Assembly: GCA_035714745.1 (NCBI GenBank)
Contig: DASTLR010000014.1
Coordinates: 30,861-94,860, forward strand
Length of the DNA: 64,000 nucleotides
From: Minisyncoccota bacterium
GTDB lineage: Bacteria > Patescibacteriota > Minisyncoccia > Phycocordibacterales > UBA6065
Direction of reading: 5' to 3'
A program made the position numbers and the translations under genes. Of the stretch, positions 17,145-28,390 are shown in pieces; position 1 is the first letter of the stretch; every line of letters begins with the position of its first letter. Below the pieces are notes generated by a model. The model ran no database searches, was not told the origin of the DNA, and saw only the letters and a list, made by a program, of their open reading frames with translations.

Positions 17145-20100
17145 ATGATAACTAGGCAGCAGAAGTACTTCGGGCGCTTCAAGGAGGCGCTCGCGGATAT
17201 CCCGGATCTCGTCCAAGCGCAGACGGATTCGTTCAAGTGGCTCGTGGAGAAGGGCCTGGCCCAGATCTTCCAGGAGTTCTCGCCGATCAAGGACTATTCG
17301 GACAAGAAGTTCGAGCTCTCGTTCACGGGCTTCGAGCTCGCCGAGCCGAAATACGACGAGCATTATGCGAAGGAGAATAAGCTCTCCTTCGAGGCTCCCC
17401 TCAAGGTCCGCATCAAGCTCAAGAACAAGATGTTCAATTCGGAGAAGGAGCAGGAGATCTTCCTGGCCGACTTCCCGCTGATGACGTCCCACGGCACGTT
17501 CATCATCAACGGCATCGAGCGCGTCATCGTCCCCCAGCTCGCGCGCTCGTTCGGCGTCTTCTTCACCTCTGACGAGATCAAGGGCAAGACCGTATTCGGC
17601 GCCAAGGTCATCCCAGCCCGCGGCGTCTGGCTCGAGATCGAGACCGACACCGACGGCACCCTCTACGCCCGCATCGACCGCAAGCGAAAGTTCATGGTCA
17701 CGGCCCTCCTGCGCGTGCTCGGCGCCGACACCGACGAGAAGATCCTCTCGTACTTCAAGGGCGACGAGGTTGCCCAGAAGGTCGTGGCGGCATCCCTGGC
17801 CAAGGACACGGCTAAGACCGTCTCTGACGCATACATCGAGATCCACAAGCGCCTCCGCGACGGCGACCTGGCCACGGCGGACAACGCCAAGGAGTTCATC
17901 TCCGGCCTCTTCCACAAGGACCGCTACGACCTCTCGGACGTCGGGCGATTCCGCTTCAACAAGCGCTTTGGGAAGCCGATGGACGACAAGGCTCTGGAGC
18001 GCAAGACCATCGACGCGACTGACCTCGCTACCATCATCGGCAACATCATCCATCTGAACAACAAGCTGGACGCCGTCGAGGACGACATCGACCACCTGGG
18101 ATCGCGCCGCGTGCGCTACGTGGGCGAGCTCATGCAGCAGAAGCTCCGCGTCGGCCTCTCGCAGATGAAGAGGAACATCCAGGACAGGATGTCCACCATC
18201 GAGCCTGACACCACCCAACCCTTGACCTTCGTCTCGCCGCGACCGCTCCAGGCCCGCCTCAAGGAATTCTTCACCACCAACCAGCTCTCGCAGTTCATGC
18301 AGCAGGAGAATATCCTGACCGAGCTCGAGCATCTACGAACGCTCTCGGCCCTCGGCCCGGGCGGTCTTACTCGTGAAAGGGCTGGCTTCGAGGTCCGCGA
18401 CGTGCACCCATCGCACTACGGACGACTCTGCCCGATCCACACCCCTGAAGGTCCGAACATCGGACTCATCCTCCGTCTCTCTACGTACGCCCGTCTCAAC
18501 GATTTCGGCATGATCGAGACGCCGTACGCAAAGGTTAAGAACGGCAAGGTCACCAAGGAGATCGTCTATCTGAACGCCCTGGAGGAGGAGTCGCACCGCA
18601 TCGCCCACGCGGCCACTGCCTACGACAAGTCGGGGACCATCACCGAAGAGGTCGTCGAGGTCCGCTTTAACGGCTCGCCGTCGCTCTGCAAGCCGACCGA
18701 GGTCGACTTCATCGACGTCTCGACGAACCAGGCTTTCTCGATCGCCACGAACATGATCCCGTTCCTGAACCACGACGACGCTAACCGAGCGCTCATGGGT
18801 TCGAACATGCAGAAGCAGGCCACGCCGTGCATCATCCCCGAAGCCCCGCTCGTCGCCACCGGCATCGAAGCAAAGGCGGCTGAGTACACCGGCCGCATCG
18901 TTTTGGCCCCGGAGGACGGTACGATCAGCGCCGTAGACGCCAACAAGGTCGTCTTCAAGAACGCAAAGGGCAAGGAGACGACGTACAAGCTGGTCGCCTT
19001 CGAGAGGACGAACGGCTTTACCGCATACCACCAGCGACCAGTCGTCAGCCTGGGCGAAAAGGTCAAGAAGGGCCAGGTCCTCGTCGACGCCTCATCGTCC
19101 GACGGCGGTCAGATCGCCCTCGGCCAGAACATGCTCGTAGCCTTCATGTCGTGGTCGGGCGCCAACTACGAGGACGCCATCATCATCAGCGAGCGCGTCG
19201 TCAAGAACTCCAAATTCACCTCTATCCATATCGAGGAGTTCGTCGTGAACGTCCGCGACACCAAGCTCGGCCCGGAGGTCACCACCCACGACATCCCTAA
19301 CGTCGGCGAGGGCAAGCTCAGGAACCTGGACGAGGACGGCATCATCCGCATCGGCGCCGAGGTCCGCTCGGGCGACATCCTGGTGGGCAAGATCACTCCG
19401 AAGGGCGAGACCCAGCTCACGCCTGAGGAGCGCCTTCTCCGCTCGATCTTCGGCGAGAAAGCTCGCGACGTGAAGGACACCTCGAAGCGCATGGAAGGCG
19501 GCAAGCGCGGCCGCGTCATCTCGGTCAAGGTCTTTAGCCGCGAGAAGGGCGACAAGCTCGAGTCCGGCATCATCAAGCGCATCCACGTCGAGGTGGCGCA
19601 GCTCCGCACGGTCTCGGTGGGCGACAAGCTTGCTGGCCGCCACGGCAACAAGGGAGTCATCTCGCGCATCCTGCCGGAGGAGGATATGCCATACATGGCG
19701 GACGGCACCCCTGTGGACGTCATCCTCACCCCTCTCGGCGTCCCATCGCGCATGAACCTCGGCCAGATCCTCGAGCTCCACCTGGGCATGGCCGCTCACA
19801 CCCTGAACTACCAGGCCATCGTGCCGCCGTTCGCCGGCGCCACCTCGGCCGAGATCAAGGAGGAGCTCGTCAAGGCGGGCCTTCCCGAGAACGGCAAGGT
19901 GCCTCTCTATGACGGTCGTACCGGGGACAAGTTCCAGCAGGACATCTCCATCGGCTACATGTACATCCTGAAGCTCCACCACATGGTCGAGGACAAGATC
20001 CACATGCGCTCGATCGGTCCGTACTCGCTCATCACCCAGCAGCCTCTCGGAGGCAAGGCCCAGGGCGGAGGACAGCGCTTCGGAGAGATGGAAGTCTGGG

Positions 20101-20324
20101 CCCTCCTCGGACACGGAGTGGCTCACACCTTGCGCGAGATCCTGACCATCAAGTCCGACGACATCACCGGCCGCTCGGCAGCCTTCGACTCTATCGTCAA
20201 GGGCGAGAGGCTCCAGCCGCCGAACATCCCTGCTTCCTTCAACGTGCTGCTTAACAGCCTCAGGGGCCTCGCGCTCGACGTCGAACTGAGGAAAGAGGGC
20301 AAGGATATCAAGAAGGCCAAGTAG
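17145..20324 (+). CDS. rpoB: RNA polymerase beta subunit
   Basis: RDVHPSHYGRLCP, GSNMQKQA, GDKLAGRHGNKGV, GQRFGEME. Confidence 0.99.
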   Translation: MITRQQKYFGRFKEALADIPDLVQAQTDSFKWLVEKGLAQIFQEFSPIKDYSDKKFELSFTGFELAEPKYDEHYAKENKLSFEAPLKVRIKLKNKMFNSEKEQEIFLADFPLMTSHGTFIINGIERVIVPQLARSFGVFFTSDEIKGKTVFGAKVIPARGVWLEIETDTDGTLYARIDRKRKFMVTALLRVLGADTDEKILSYFKGDEVAQKVVAASLAKDTAKTVSDAYIEIHKRLRDGDLATADNAKEFISGLFHKDRYDLSDVGRFRFNKRFGKPMDDKALERKTIDATDLATIIGNIIHLNNKLDAVEDDIDHLGSRRVRYVGELMQQKLRVGLSQMKRNIQDRMSTIEPDTTQPLTFVSPRPLQARLKEFFTTNQLSQFMQQENILTELEHLRTLSALGPGGLTRERAGFEVRDVHPSHYGRLCPIHTPEGPNIGLILRLSTYARLNDFGMIETPYAKVKNGKVTKEIVYLNALEEESHRIAHAATAYDKSGTITEEVVEVRFNGSPSLCKPTEVDFIDVSTNQAFSIATNMIPFLNHDDANRALMGSNMQKQATPCIIPEAPLVATGIEAKAAEYTGRIVLAPEDGTISAVDANKVVFKNAKGKETTYKLVAFERTNGFTAYHQRPVVSLGEKVKKGQVLVDASSSDGGQIALGQNMLVAFMSWSGANYEDAIIISERVVKNSKFTSIHIEEFVVNVRDTKLGPEVTTHDIPNVGEGKLRNLDEDGIIRIGAEVRSGDILVGKITPKGETQLTPEERLLRSIFGEKARDVKDTSKRMEGGKRGRVISVKVFSREKGDKLESGIIKRIHVEVAQLRTVSVGDKLAGRHGNKGVISRILPEEDMPYMADGTPVDVILTPLGVPSRMNLGQILELHLGMAAHTLNYQAIVPPFAGATSAEIKEELVKAGLPENGKVPLYDGRTGDKFQQDISIGYMYILKLHHMVEDKIHMRSIGPYSLITQQPLGGKAQGGGQRFGEMEVWALLGHGVAHTLREILTIKSDDITGRSAAFDSIVKGERLQPPNIPASFNVLLNSLRGLALDVELRKEGKDIKKAK

Positions 20325-20363
20325 ATTCTTGATTCTAACTTCTACATTCTAACTTCAATTACC
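20322..20363 (+). repeat. heptamer tandem array forming the rpoB-rpoC spacer
   Basis: TAGATTC TTGATTC TAACTTC TACATTC TAACTTC AATTACC. Confidence 0.8.
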
Positions 20364-23300
20364 ATGGCATACACACCACGAAACAAGGCCTCGGACGTCA
20401 TCGACTTCGACGCGGTCGCCCTGCGCGTCGCCTCGCCTGAGCGCATCAAGGAATGGTCGTTCGGAGAGGTCACCAAGCCTGAGACCATCAACTACCGAAC
20501 CCAGCGATCCGAGAAGAACGGCCTCTTCGACGAGAAGATCTTCGGCCCGGACAAGGACTACGAATGCTACTGCGGAAAGTACCGCGGCATCCGCTACAAG
20601 GGAATCGTCTGCGAGAAGTGCGGGGTCGAGATCACCCGATCGATCGTCCGCCGCGAGCGCATGGGCCACATCGAGCTGGCCTCGCCGGTCTCGCACATCT
20701 GGTTCCTTCGCTCCATGCCGTCGCGCCTGGGCCTCATCCTCGGCATGACCACCGCCGACCTGGAGAAGGTCATCTACTTCGCCGGCTACATCGTCACCTC
20801 GGTGAACGAAGCCGCTCGCGCCGAGATCATGCGCGACCTGGAATCCGAGTACAAGGCAAAGGTGAAGGGCGCCACCGACGAGAAGACCAAGGAGGCCCTG
20901 AAATCCATGTATACGGCTGCCAAGAAGGAGATCGACGGCATCCAGGAGGGTACGGTCCTCGACGAGATCGAATATGGCAAGTACTCGATGAAGTACTCGA
21001 CCCTCTTCGAGGCGGGCATCGGAGCCGAGGCTATCTATAATATCTGTAAGGCCATCGACCTGAAAAAGCTCGAGGCCCGCGTCGCCGCCGACCTCCAGAA
21101 GGCCAATTCCCTTGAGAAGGACAAGATGAATCGCAGGCTCTCGGTCATTCGCTCGATGATCAAGTCGCAGATCCGCCCCGAGTGGATGTTCCTGACCCGC
21201 ATCCCGGTCATCCCGCCGGCCCTCCGACCGATGGTTCCATTGGACGGCGGCCGCTATGCCACCTCGGACGTCAACGACCTGTACCGACGCGTCATCAACC
21301 GAAACAATCGCCTGATGAAGCTCAAGGAGATCATGGCGCCTGACGTCATCCTGCGAAACGAGAAGCGCATCCTCCAGGAGGCCGTCGACGCCCTCATCGA
21401 CAACTCTATCCGACACGGCAACTCCACGACTGCCGCCGGCTCGCTCGCCTCGAAGCGCGCGCTCAAGTCCCTGGCCGACAACCTCAAGGGCAAGAGGGGA
21501 CTCCTGCGCGGCAACCTCCTGGGCAAGCGCGTCGACTACTCGGGACGATCCGTGATCGTCGTCGGCCCCGAGCTCGCCCTTGACCAGTGCGGACTGCCGA
21601 AGCACATGGCCCTCGAGCTCTTCAAGCCGTTCGTCATCCACGAGCTCCTCAGGCGCGAGCTGGCCTATAACATCCGCGGCGCCTCTCGACTGATCGAAGA
21701 CGGCATCCCCGAGGTCTGGGCCATCCTCGAAGAGGTCATCGACGGCAAGTACGTGCTCCTGAACCGAGCCCCTACGCTCCACCGCCTCGGCATCCAGGCC
21801 TTCCGACCTATCCTTATCGAGGGTAACGCTATCCAGGTCCACCCACTGGTCTGCTCGGCCTTCAACGCAGACTTCGACGGAGACCAGATGGCCGTCCACG
21901 TGCCACTCTCTCCAGAAGCCCAGAAAGAGGCAAAGGAGATCATGGCCTCGGACAAGAACATCCTCAAGCCTGGCTCGGGCGACCCGACGCTCACCAACAA
22001 GATGCTCGACATCATCCTGGGCGTCTATTGGATGACCAAGCTCGTCAAGGAAGACGGCGTGAACGAGAAGGGCGAGGGCAAGATCTTCGAATCCCCGAAC
22101 GCCGCGGTGCTCGCCTCTGACTTCGGCCAGGTATCCAAGCGCGTGGCCATCAAGGTCCTCGCTCCCGACCCTGCCAAGAATCCGAAGTATGCCGAGTACA
22201 AGGGCGGCGTCTTCGAGACGACCATCGGGCGCATCCTCTTTAACGAGGTCCTGCCCGAGGGCTATCCGTTCATCAACAAGGAGATGGACCGCAAGGCCAT
22301 GTCCGCCGTCATGGACGACCTCTTGGTCAAGTACGGCGTAGACCAGGTCCCCGCCATCCTCGACAGGATCAAGAAGTTCGGCTTCAAGTACACCACCTAC
22401 TCGGGCATCACCTGGGGACTGGACGACGTGCGCACGCCAAAGGGCAAGGACGCCGTCATCGCCAAGGCCAAGCAGGAGTCAGACATGGTCACCGAGCAGT
22501 TCAACGACGGCCTGCTCTCGGACGACGAGCGCCTGCGCAAGAACGTCGAGATCTGGCACAAGGCTAAATCCGACGTCGAGAAGCTCGTCCCTGAGGGCCT
22601 CGAGATGAACGTCCTGGACATGGTCAAGTCCGGAGCCCGAGGCTCCATCGGCCACATCACCCAGATGGCCGGCATGAAGGGACTGATCACCAACACGGCC
22701 GGAGAGACCATCGAGTTCCCGATCATCTCGGGCATGAAGGACGGCCTCACCCCGATCGAGTACTTCATCACCACCCACGGCGCCCGCAAGGGTCTGACCG
22801 ACACGGCCCTGAACACCGCTCGCGCCGGATATCTGACCCGCCGACTCTTCGACGTGGCCCAGGACGTCATGGTCACCGAGGAGGACTGCGGCACAAAGGA
22901 TTCCATCGTCATCAGGAAGGAGAGCGCCTCGGGCATCGAGGTCTCGATCGCCAAGAACATCCGCGGCCGCGTCTTGGCCGCTGACATCGCCGGCGCCGAC
23001 GGCAAGGTCCTCTTCAAGAAGGGCCACTTGCTCTCCAAGCAGGACGCCAACCTCATCGAGGGCTCTGGCGCCACGGAGATCAGGGTCCGCTCGCCGCTCG
23101 CCTGCAAGACCCTGCATGGCGTCTGCCAGCAGTGCTACGGCATCGACCTGGGCAAGAACCACCTCATCGACATCGGCGAGGCGGTAGGAACGGTGGCCGC
23201 TCAGGCCATCGGCGAGCCCGGAACCCAGCTGACCATGCGTACCTTCCACGCCGGAGGCACCGCCTCGGTCGGAGGAGACATCACCGCCGGCCTGCCGCGC

Positions 23301-24068
23301 GTCGAGGAAGTCTTCGAAAAGCGCAGGCCAAAGAACCCGGCGGTCATCGCCACGGTCTCGGGCACCGTCTCGTCGGTCAAGGACCTGGGCAAGGAGAAGG
23401 TCATCGCCGTCATCCCTGACCTGGAGGACAAGGGCAAGGCCAAGAAGGGCGCCGCCGAGATCGAATATACCTTCTCGTCCCGCCGCATGGCCCTGGTCAA
23501 GATGGGCGACAAGGTGACGAAGGGCCAATTCCTCACTGACGGCTCGGCCGACATCGACGAGGTCTTCGAGCTGGCCGGCAAGGAGCAGGCCATGGACTAC
23601 ATCATCCGCGAGATCGGCAAGATCTACGAGCTCCAGGGAGAGACCGTGTCCCGAAAGCACATCGAGATCATCGTCAAGCAGATGTTCTCCCGACGCCGCA
23701 TCGTCGACGCGGGCGAGACCCGGTTCTCCATCGACGACGTCACCGACGCCTACGACCTGGAGATCGAGAATTCCCGCGTAAAGGCAGAGGGCAAGGCTCC
23801 GGCGGTAGGCGAATCGGCGGTCATGGGCATCACCGAGGTATCGCTCTCGCGCCAGTCGTTCCTCTCGGCCGCATCCTTCCAGCACACCACCAGGATCTTC
23901 ATCTCGGCGGCCATCCGCGGCACCGAGGACAAGCTGACCGGCCTCAAGGAGAACGTCATCATCGGACGGCTGATCCCGGCAGGCACCGGCTACGCGGGCA
24001 GCAAGAAGAAGGCCATGATCGACGAGGTCACCGCGAGCCTGAAGGACAGCGCGGGATCGGAGTTGTAG
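20364..24068 (+). CDS. rpoC: RNA polymerase beta' subunit
   Basis: Zn finger CYCGKY...CEKC, NADFDGDQM, GEPGTQLTMRTFH. Confidence 0.99.
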   Translation: MAYTPRNKASDVIDFDAVALRVASPERIKEWSFGEVTKPETINYRTQRSEKNGLFDEKIFGPDKDYECYCGKYRGIRYKGIVCEKCGVEITRSIVRRERMGHIELASPVSHIWFLRSMPSRLGLILGMTTADLEKVIYFAGYIVTSVNEAARAEIMRDLESEYKAKVKGATDEKTKEALKSMYTAAKKEIDGIQEGTVLDEIEYGKYSMKYSTLFEAGIGAEAIYNICKAIDLKKLEARVAADLQKANSLEKDKMNRRLSVIRSMIKSQIRPEWMFLTRIPVIPPALRPMVPLDGGRYATSDVNDLYRRVINRNNRLMKLKEIMAPDVILRNEKRILQEAVDALIDNSIRHGNSTTAAGSLASKRALKSLADNLKGKRGLLRGNLLGKRVDYSGRSVIVVGPELALDQCGLPKHMALELFKPFVIHELLRRELAYNIRGASRLIEDGIPEVWAILEEVIDGKYVLLNRAPTLHRLGIQAFRPILIEGNAIQVHPLVCSAFNADFDGDQMAVHVPLSPEAQKEAKEIMASDKNILKPGSGDPTLTNKMLDIILGVYWMTKLVKEDGVNEKGEGKIFESPNAAVLASDFGQVSKRVAIKVLAPDPAKNPKYAEYKGGVFETTIGRILFNEVLPEGYPFINKEMDRKAMSAVMDDLLVKYGVDQVPAILDRIKKFGFKYTTYSGITWGLDDVRTPKGKDAVIAKAKQESDMVTEQFNDGLLSDDERLRKNVEIWHKAKSDVEKLVPEGLEMNVLDMVKSGARGSIGHITQMAGMKGLITNTAGETIEFPIISGMKDGLTPIEYFITTHGARKGLTDTALNTARAGYLTRRLFDVAQDVMVTEEDCGTKDSIVIRKESASGIEVSIAKNIRGRVLAADIAGADGKVLFKKGHLLSKQDANLIEGSGATEIRVRSPLACKTLHGVCQQCYGIDLGKNHLIDIGEAVGTVAAQAIGEPGTQLTMRTFHAGGTASVGGDITAGLPRVEEVFEKRRPKNPAVIATVSGTVSSVKDLGKEKVIAVIPDLEDKGKAKKGAAEIEYTFSSRRMALVKMGDKVTKGQFLTDGSADIDEVFELAGKEQAMDYIIREIGKIYELQGETVSRKHIEIIVKQMFSRRRIVDAGETRFSIDDVTDAYDLEIENSRVKAEGKAPAVGESAVMGITEVSLSRQSFLSAASFQHTTRIFISAAIRGTEDKLTGLKENVIIGRLIPAGTGYAGSKKKAMIDEVTASLKDSAGSEL

Positions 24069-24078
24069 AATCTACTCG

Positions 24079-25851
24079 ATGTCTACCCATGTTCAGGAGA
24101 TCAAAGAGAAACTGGACATCGCGACGGTCGTAGGCTCCTATATCAAGCTCGACAAGTCGGGAGCCAACTACAAGGCGCGCTGCCCCTTCCACAACGAGAA
24201 GACGCCGTCTTTCTACGTGTCTCCCGAGCGCGCCTCCTTCTACTGCTTCGGCTGCCAGGCAAAGGGCGACATCTTCACCTTCGTCGAGAAGTTCGAGGGC
24301 CTCGACTTCATGGGCGCCCTCAAGGTCCTGGCCGACAGGGCAGGGGTCAAGCTCGACCGCTCGAATGCCGGCAAAGACACCCGCCGCGAGCTCCTCTTCG
24401 ACATCATGGAGAGGGCAGCGCAGTTCTACGAGGAGGCGCTTAGGGCGGATGCTCGGGCCATGGAATACGTCCTGGGTCGCGGCCTCACGGCAAAGACCGT
24501 CGACGAGTTCCGCATAGGCTTCGCCCCGGCCGAATGGCGCGCTCTGCGCAATCACTTGAAGGCCAAGGGCTACCGCGACGAGGACGTGGCCGCTGTCGGT
24601 CTCATAAAAAGGACAGACAAGCCGGGCGGACCCGGCAACGACCCGTACTACGACGCCTTCCGCGGTCGGGTGACGTTCCCGATCGGCGACACCTCGGGAA
24701 GGATCATCGCCTTTACCGGCCGCACATTGGACGAGGATGCCAATCCGCCCAAATACCTGAACAGCCCCGAGACCGTGCTCTTTAGCAAGTCCAAGGCCCT
24801 CTACGGCCTGGACAAGGCCAAGAGCGATATCAGGAAGCGCGACTACTCGATCCTGGTGGAAGGGCAGATGGACCTGGTCATGTCGCACCAGGCGGGCTAT
24901 ACCAACACGGTGGCCGCCTCCGGCACGGCCTTCACCGAGGACGCCGGCATGGACTCGGCCTTCGGCCTCCTCACAAGGCTCTCGGACAATATCGTCCTGG
25001 CCTTCGACTCGGACTCAGCGGGCCAAAAGGCGGTCAGGCGCATCGTCCCGGCCATCTCGCTCGGCATGAACGTCAAGATCGTCGACATCAAGGGCGGCAA
25101 GGACCCTGCCGACATCATCAAGGCCGACCCAAAGGACTGGGCCAAGGCCCTGGAGTCAAAGAAGGACTTCGTCGAGTATCTGGTGGACGCTCTGGTGGAT
25201 TCGAAGGCCAAGCCCGCCGATGTTGCCAAGCAGGTCAAGCAAGACATCTTCCCGTACTTGCGGGCTATCCCTGACGACACGCCGCGCTTCCAGGCCATAA
25301 AGAAGGTGGCCGACCGCCTGGCGATCAGCGAGGACGCGCTCTGGAGGGACCTGCAGGAATATGTGAGGGTGCAGAAGATACAGGGGGCACAAGGAACATC
25401 GGAGACACAGGGATCACAGGGGACACAGAGAATACCAGAGAAGAGGAAGGTGGATAGGCTGGAGTCGATCGAGAGGAAGGTGTTGGGACTGCTCTATTCG
25501 GCCGACTATTTCAAGGGAGACGAGGGGAAGAGGGAGGAACTGAAGAAAGTCGTCGGGGAAGAGCGGTCCAGGGCGTTCGAAGCGCTCTCGGCGGACGATA
25601 TCGGCGAGCTGACCTTGGAGGCCGAGATCACCTACGGAGACGGTCTGGATGCGGCAAAGGAGTGGAAGGTCCTTATCCTCGGGCTGGAAGAGGAATACGC
25701 CAAGGCCAGGCTGGCGTCGGCCATGTCCGAGCTCCACAAAGCGGAAAAGGCGAACGCCTCCACGGCCCAGGTTATGGCAGAGATCAACGCCCTGTCAAAG
25801 AGGATCCACGAGATAAAGAGGGAGGCGGAGAAGATGCAAAGTTTGATATAA
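24079..25851 (+). CDS. dnaG: DNA primase
   Basis: [11 protein letters not shown] zinc finger, [20 protein letters not shown] and FDSD. Confidence 0.97.
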   Translation: MSTHVQEIKEKLDIATVVGSYIKLDKSGANYKARCPFHNEKTPSFYVSPERASFYCFGCQAKGDIFTFVEKFEGLDFMGALKVLADRAGVKLDRSNAGKDTRRELLFDIMERAAQFYEEALRADARAMEYVLGRGLTAKTVDEFRIGFAPAEWRALRNHLKAKGYRDEDVAAVGLIKRTDKPGGPGNDPYYDAFRGRVTFPIGDTSGRIIAFTGRTLDEDANPPKYLNSPETVLFSKSKALYGLDKAKSDIRKRDYSILVEGQMDLVMSHQAGYTNTVAASGTAFTEDAGMDSAFGLLTRLSDNIVLAFDSDSAGQKAVRRIVPAISLGMNVKIVDIKGGKDPADIIKADPKDWAKALESKKDFVEYLVDALVDSKAKPADVAKQVKQDIFPYLRAIPDDTPRFQAIKKVADRLAISEDALWRDLQEYVRVQKIQGAQGTSETQGSQGTQRIPEKRKVDRLESIERKVLGLLYSADYFKGDEGKREELKKVVGEERSRAFEALSADDIGELTLEAEITYGDGLDAAKEWKVLILGLEEEYAKARLASAMSELHKAEKANASTAQVMAEINALSKRIHEIKREAEKMQSLI

Positions 25852-25871
25852 TCCAAAGCACGCGAAACCAT

Positions 25872-27065
25872 ATGGCACACAAGCAGAAAAAGCCCGGAAT
25901 AAAGGCCTCAAAGAAGGCGCCGAACAAGGCGCCAAAGAAGGCCAAGGCAAAGCTCGGCCCAAAGGCCCAAAAGGCCAAGGAAAAAGCCCGCGAGTCCCTG
26001 CGCAAGGCTGACCGCCTGGTGGTAAAGGGCAAGGAGCGCGGCTTCATCACCTACGACGAGATCCTCAAGGAATTCCCGACCATCGAGGACGACATCATGT
26101 TCCTGGACGACCTCTACAAGAAGCTCTCGGCCGCGGGCGTCGACGTCCTGGAGTCGGGTGGCATGCTCGACCTGGAGCCTCAGCAGAAGGACGCGGGCAA
26201 GAAATATACCTTCGGCCGCTCGTCCGAGTCCTCGTACGACTCTATCCAGATGTACTTGAAGGAGATCGGCCAGTATCCGTTGGTCTCGGCCGCCATGGAA
26301 AAGGAGCTGGCTAAGCGCATCGAGTCCGGCGACGAGGAGGCCAAGGGCCTCCTGGCCAAGGCAAATCTCCGTCTGGTGGTCTCGATCGCCAAGAAATACG
26401 TCGGCCGCAGCGCCGACCTGACCCTCCTCGACCTCATCCAGGAGGGCAACCTGGGCCTCTTCAAGGCCGTCGACAAGTTCGACTGGACCAAGGGCTACAA
26501 GTTCTCGACCTACGCCACCTGGTGGATCCGCCAGGCTATCACCCGCGCCTTGGCCGACCAGTCTCGCACCATCCGCGTGCCGGTCCACATGGTCGAGACC
26601 ATCGCCAAGTACAAGCAGGTCGTCCGCAGGCTCTCGCAGGACCTGGGCCGCGACCCCCTGCCCGACGAGATCGCGACCGAGATGGGTTTGGAGGTAGAGA
26701 AGGTCTATCAGATCGAGAAGATCGACCAGGATACCGTGTCCCTGGAATCGCCCGTAGGCGACGACGGCGATGACGGCAAGTCGACCCTGGGGGATTTCCT
26801 CTCGGACGACAAGATCCTCTCGCCCGACCAGGAGTCCTCGCGCCGCATCCTGGCCGACCAGGTCAAGAACATCCTGGGAGACCTCTCGCCAAAGGAGCGC
26901 AAGATCCTGGAGATGCGCCATGGCCTGAACGACGGCATTACCCACACGCTTGAGGAGGTGGGCCGCGAGTTCGGCGTCACCCGCGAGCGCATCCGTCAGA
27001 TCGAAGCCAAGGCCCACGAGAAGATTCGCCAGCACGAGAGGATAAACCAGCTGAAGAACTATTAG
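25872..27065 (+). CDS. rpoD: primary sigma factor
   Basis: [48 protein letters not shown]; ATG at 25872. Confidence 0.97.
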   Translation: MAHKQKKPGIKASKKAPNKAPKKAKAKLGPKAQKAKEKARESLRKADRLVVKGKERGFITYDEILKEFPTIEDDIMFLDDLYKKLSAAGVDVLESGGMLDLEPQQKDAGKKYTFGRSSESSYDSIQMYLKEIGQYPLVSAAMEKELAKRIESGDEEAKGLLAKANLRLVVSIAKKYVGRSADLTLLDLIQEGNLGLFKAVDKFDWTKGYKFSTYATWWIRQAITRALADQSRTIRVPVHMVETIAKYKQVVRRLSQDLGRDPLPDEIATEMGLEVEKVYQIEKIDQDTVSLESPVGDDGDDGKSTLGDFLSDDKILSPDQESSRRILADQVKNILGDLSPKERKILEMRHGLNDGITHTLEEVGREFGVTRERIRQIEAKAHEKIRQHERINQLKNY

Positions 27066-27069
27066 GGGA

Positions 27070-27108
27070 GGAGGTCCAAGACTAAGAATATAAAGCCTTA
27101 AGACTAAG
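27070..27108 (+). repeat. about 40-nt dispersed repeat, second copy at 11304-11343
   Basis: GGAGGTCC-AAGACTAAGAATATAAAGCCTTAAGACTAAG versus GGAGGTCTTAAGACTAAGAACATAAAGTCATAAGACTAGG. Confidence 0.8.
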
Positions 27109-27165
27109 GGCATGAAAAAGTCGCGGTACGTGGGGTACCGCGGCTTTGCGTGGGTCGGCGCCGTT

Positions 27166-27666
27166 TCAGCGCTCGCTGGCGATGATAGAGGGACCTTGCG
27201 GAGTAGCGGGGCTTTTCTCGCCCGCGCCGTTCTTGCTCTTTGCGAAGGGGTATACCAGAAAGGGTATTCCCGCGCATCCGACGACGAATGTTATCCTTTG
27301 CAGCGCGGCGTCATGGAGGCCCGCCTTGAACGCGACAAAGGCCATTGCGAGCGAGGTCGCGACCATGCCCGCGCCGATGAGGCGCATGACTTTCGTGCCG
27401 TGCCGAACGCATGCCTGCGAGACGGCGCCCTCGAACAGCGAGTCGACGACCAGGAACAGGAAACAGGCGATATATCCCGCGACGAGCATCGCGTGGGCGA
27501 CGCCCTCTGCTTCGACCGCCAGGCCGGCGATCAGGGCGACGGCCGCGGCACATATCGCCTCGTGGCGCCGAGACCCGTTCTGCCCAGAAATCCAGAAGTG
27601 CGCCGCGAGCAGGAGAAAGAGGGCCGTGACAAGGACCTCGAGTATGAAGCCAGGTGTGATGATCAT
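27166..27666 (-). CDS. multi-pass membrane protein
   Basis: About five hydrophobic segments. Confidence 0.65.
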   Translation of the reverse strand: MIITPGFILEVLVTALFLLLAAHFWISGQNGSRRHEAICAAAVALIAGLAVEAEGVAHAMLVAGYIACFLFLVVDSLFEGAVSQACVRHGTKVMRLIGAGMVATSLAMAFVAFKAGLHDAALQRITFVVGCAGIPFLVYPFAKSKNGAGEKSPATPQGPSIIASER

Positions 27667-27732
27667 GTTGTTTTAGGGACCTGCCTTCAAATTACGCTTT
27701 TTGGACGTTTTGTCAATTTTCAGCTATCGTAA

Positions 27733-27763
27733 AAGAACACCGGGGCTCGAGCCCGGTGTTCTT
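27733..27763. terminator. terminator hairpin after the FKBP gene
   Basis: AAGAACACCGGG/CCCGGTGTTCTT inverted repeat. Confidence 0.75.
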
Positions 27764-27787
27764 CGCAGTCTTTGCGCTCTGCGTCTC

Positions 27788-28297
27788 CTATTTGACCCCC
27801 AGCAGCTGCACCTCGAATATCAGCGTCGAATTCGCCGGGATAGGGCCGATGGCCTGGGCGCCGTAGGCCAGCTCGGGAGCGATGACCAGGCGTCGGATGC
27901 CGCCGACCTTCATGCCCTGTATGCCCATGTCCCAGCCGCGGATGACGTCGCCGGCGCCGAGCTTGAAGGAGAAGGGCTGGCCCCGGTCTATCGAGCTGTC
28001 GAATTTCGTCCCGTCGGTCAGGTAGCCGATGTAATGCGCGGTGACGGTCTGTCCTGCTTTGGCGGCCGCGCCGCTGCCGACCTGTTCGTCGTAGACCTCC
28101 AGGCCCTTTACCGCGGAGATGTTCGTCATCGCTACGGTCTGTGCGCTCGATGTGGCGCTGACGCCCGCGGCCCGCGAGCCCAGGGGCGATGCCGGGCCGA
28201 CGAAGGCGTCCCAGATCTGTCCGCCAAAGAATAATATGGCTGCGGCGACCAGGGCGATGCCGACCGCGACCTTTTCTTGCTTGCTCATAGTGTTCAT
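27788..28297 (-). CDS. FKBP-type peptidyl-prolyl isomerase with N-terminal membrane anchor
   Basis: HYIGYLTDGTKFDSS, VIRGWD, LAYG, IPANSTLIFEVQLL. Confidence 0.96.
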   Translation of the reverse strand: MNTMSKQEKVAVGIALVAAAILFFGGQIWDAFVGPASPLGSRAAGVSATSSAQTVAMTNISAVKGLEVYDEQVGSGAAAKAGQTVTAHYIGYLTDGTKFDSSIDRGQPFSFKLGAGDVIRGWDMGIQGMKVGGIRRLVIAPELAYGAQAIGPIPANSTLIFEVQLLGVK

Positions 28298-28390
28298 GAA
28301 AGTGTTACCGCCTGTTAAACGAAGCCTATGCTAACGTCCTTCCATTATAGTACAATGGCCCCATAAGTCACTTAATCCCGCGCACCAATC

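Noticed and set aside
17136-23885. Long antisense and alternate-frame ORFs over rpoB/rpoC (also smc, rnr, uvrA, uvrB, ychF)
   Set aside because: Shadow frames expected from strong GC3 bias; no motifs
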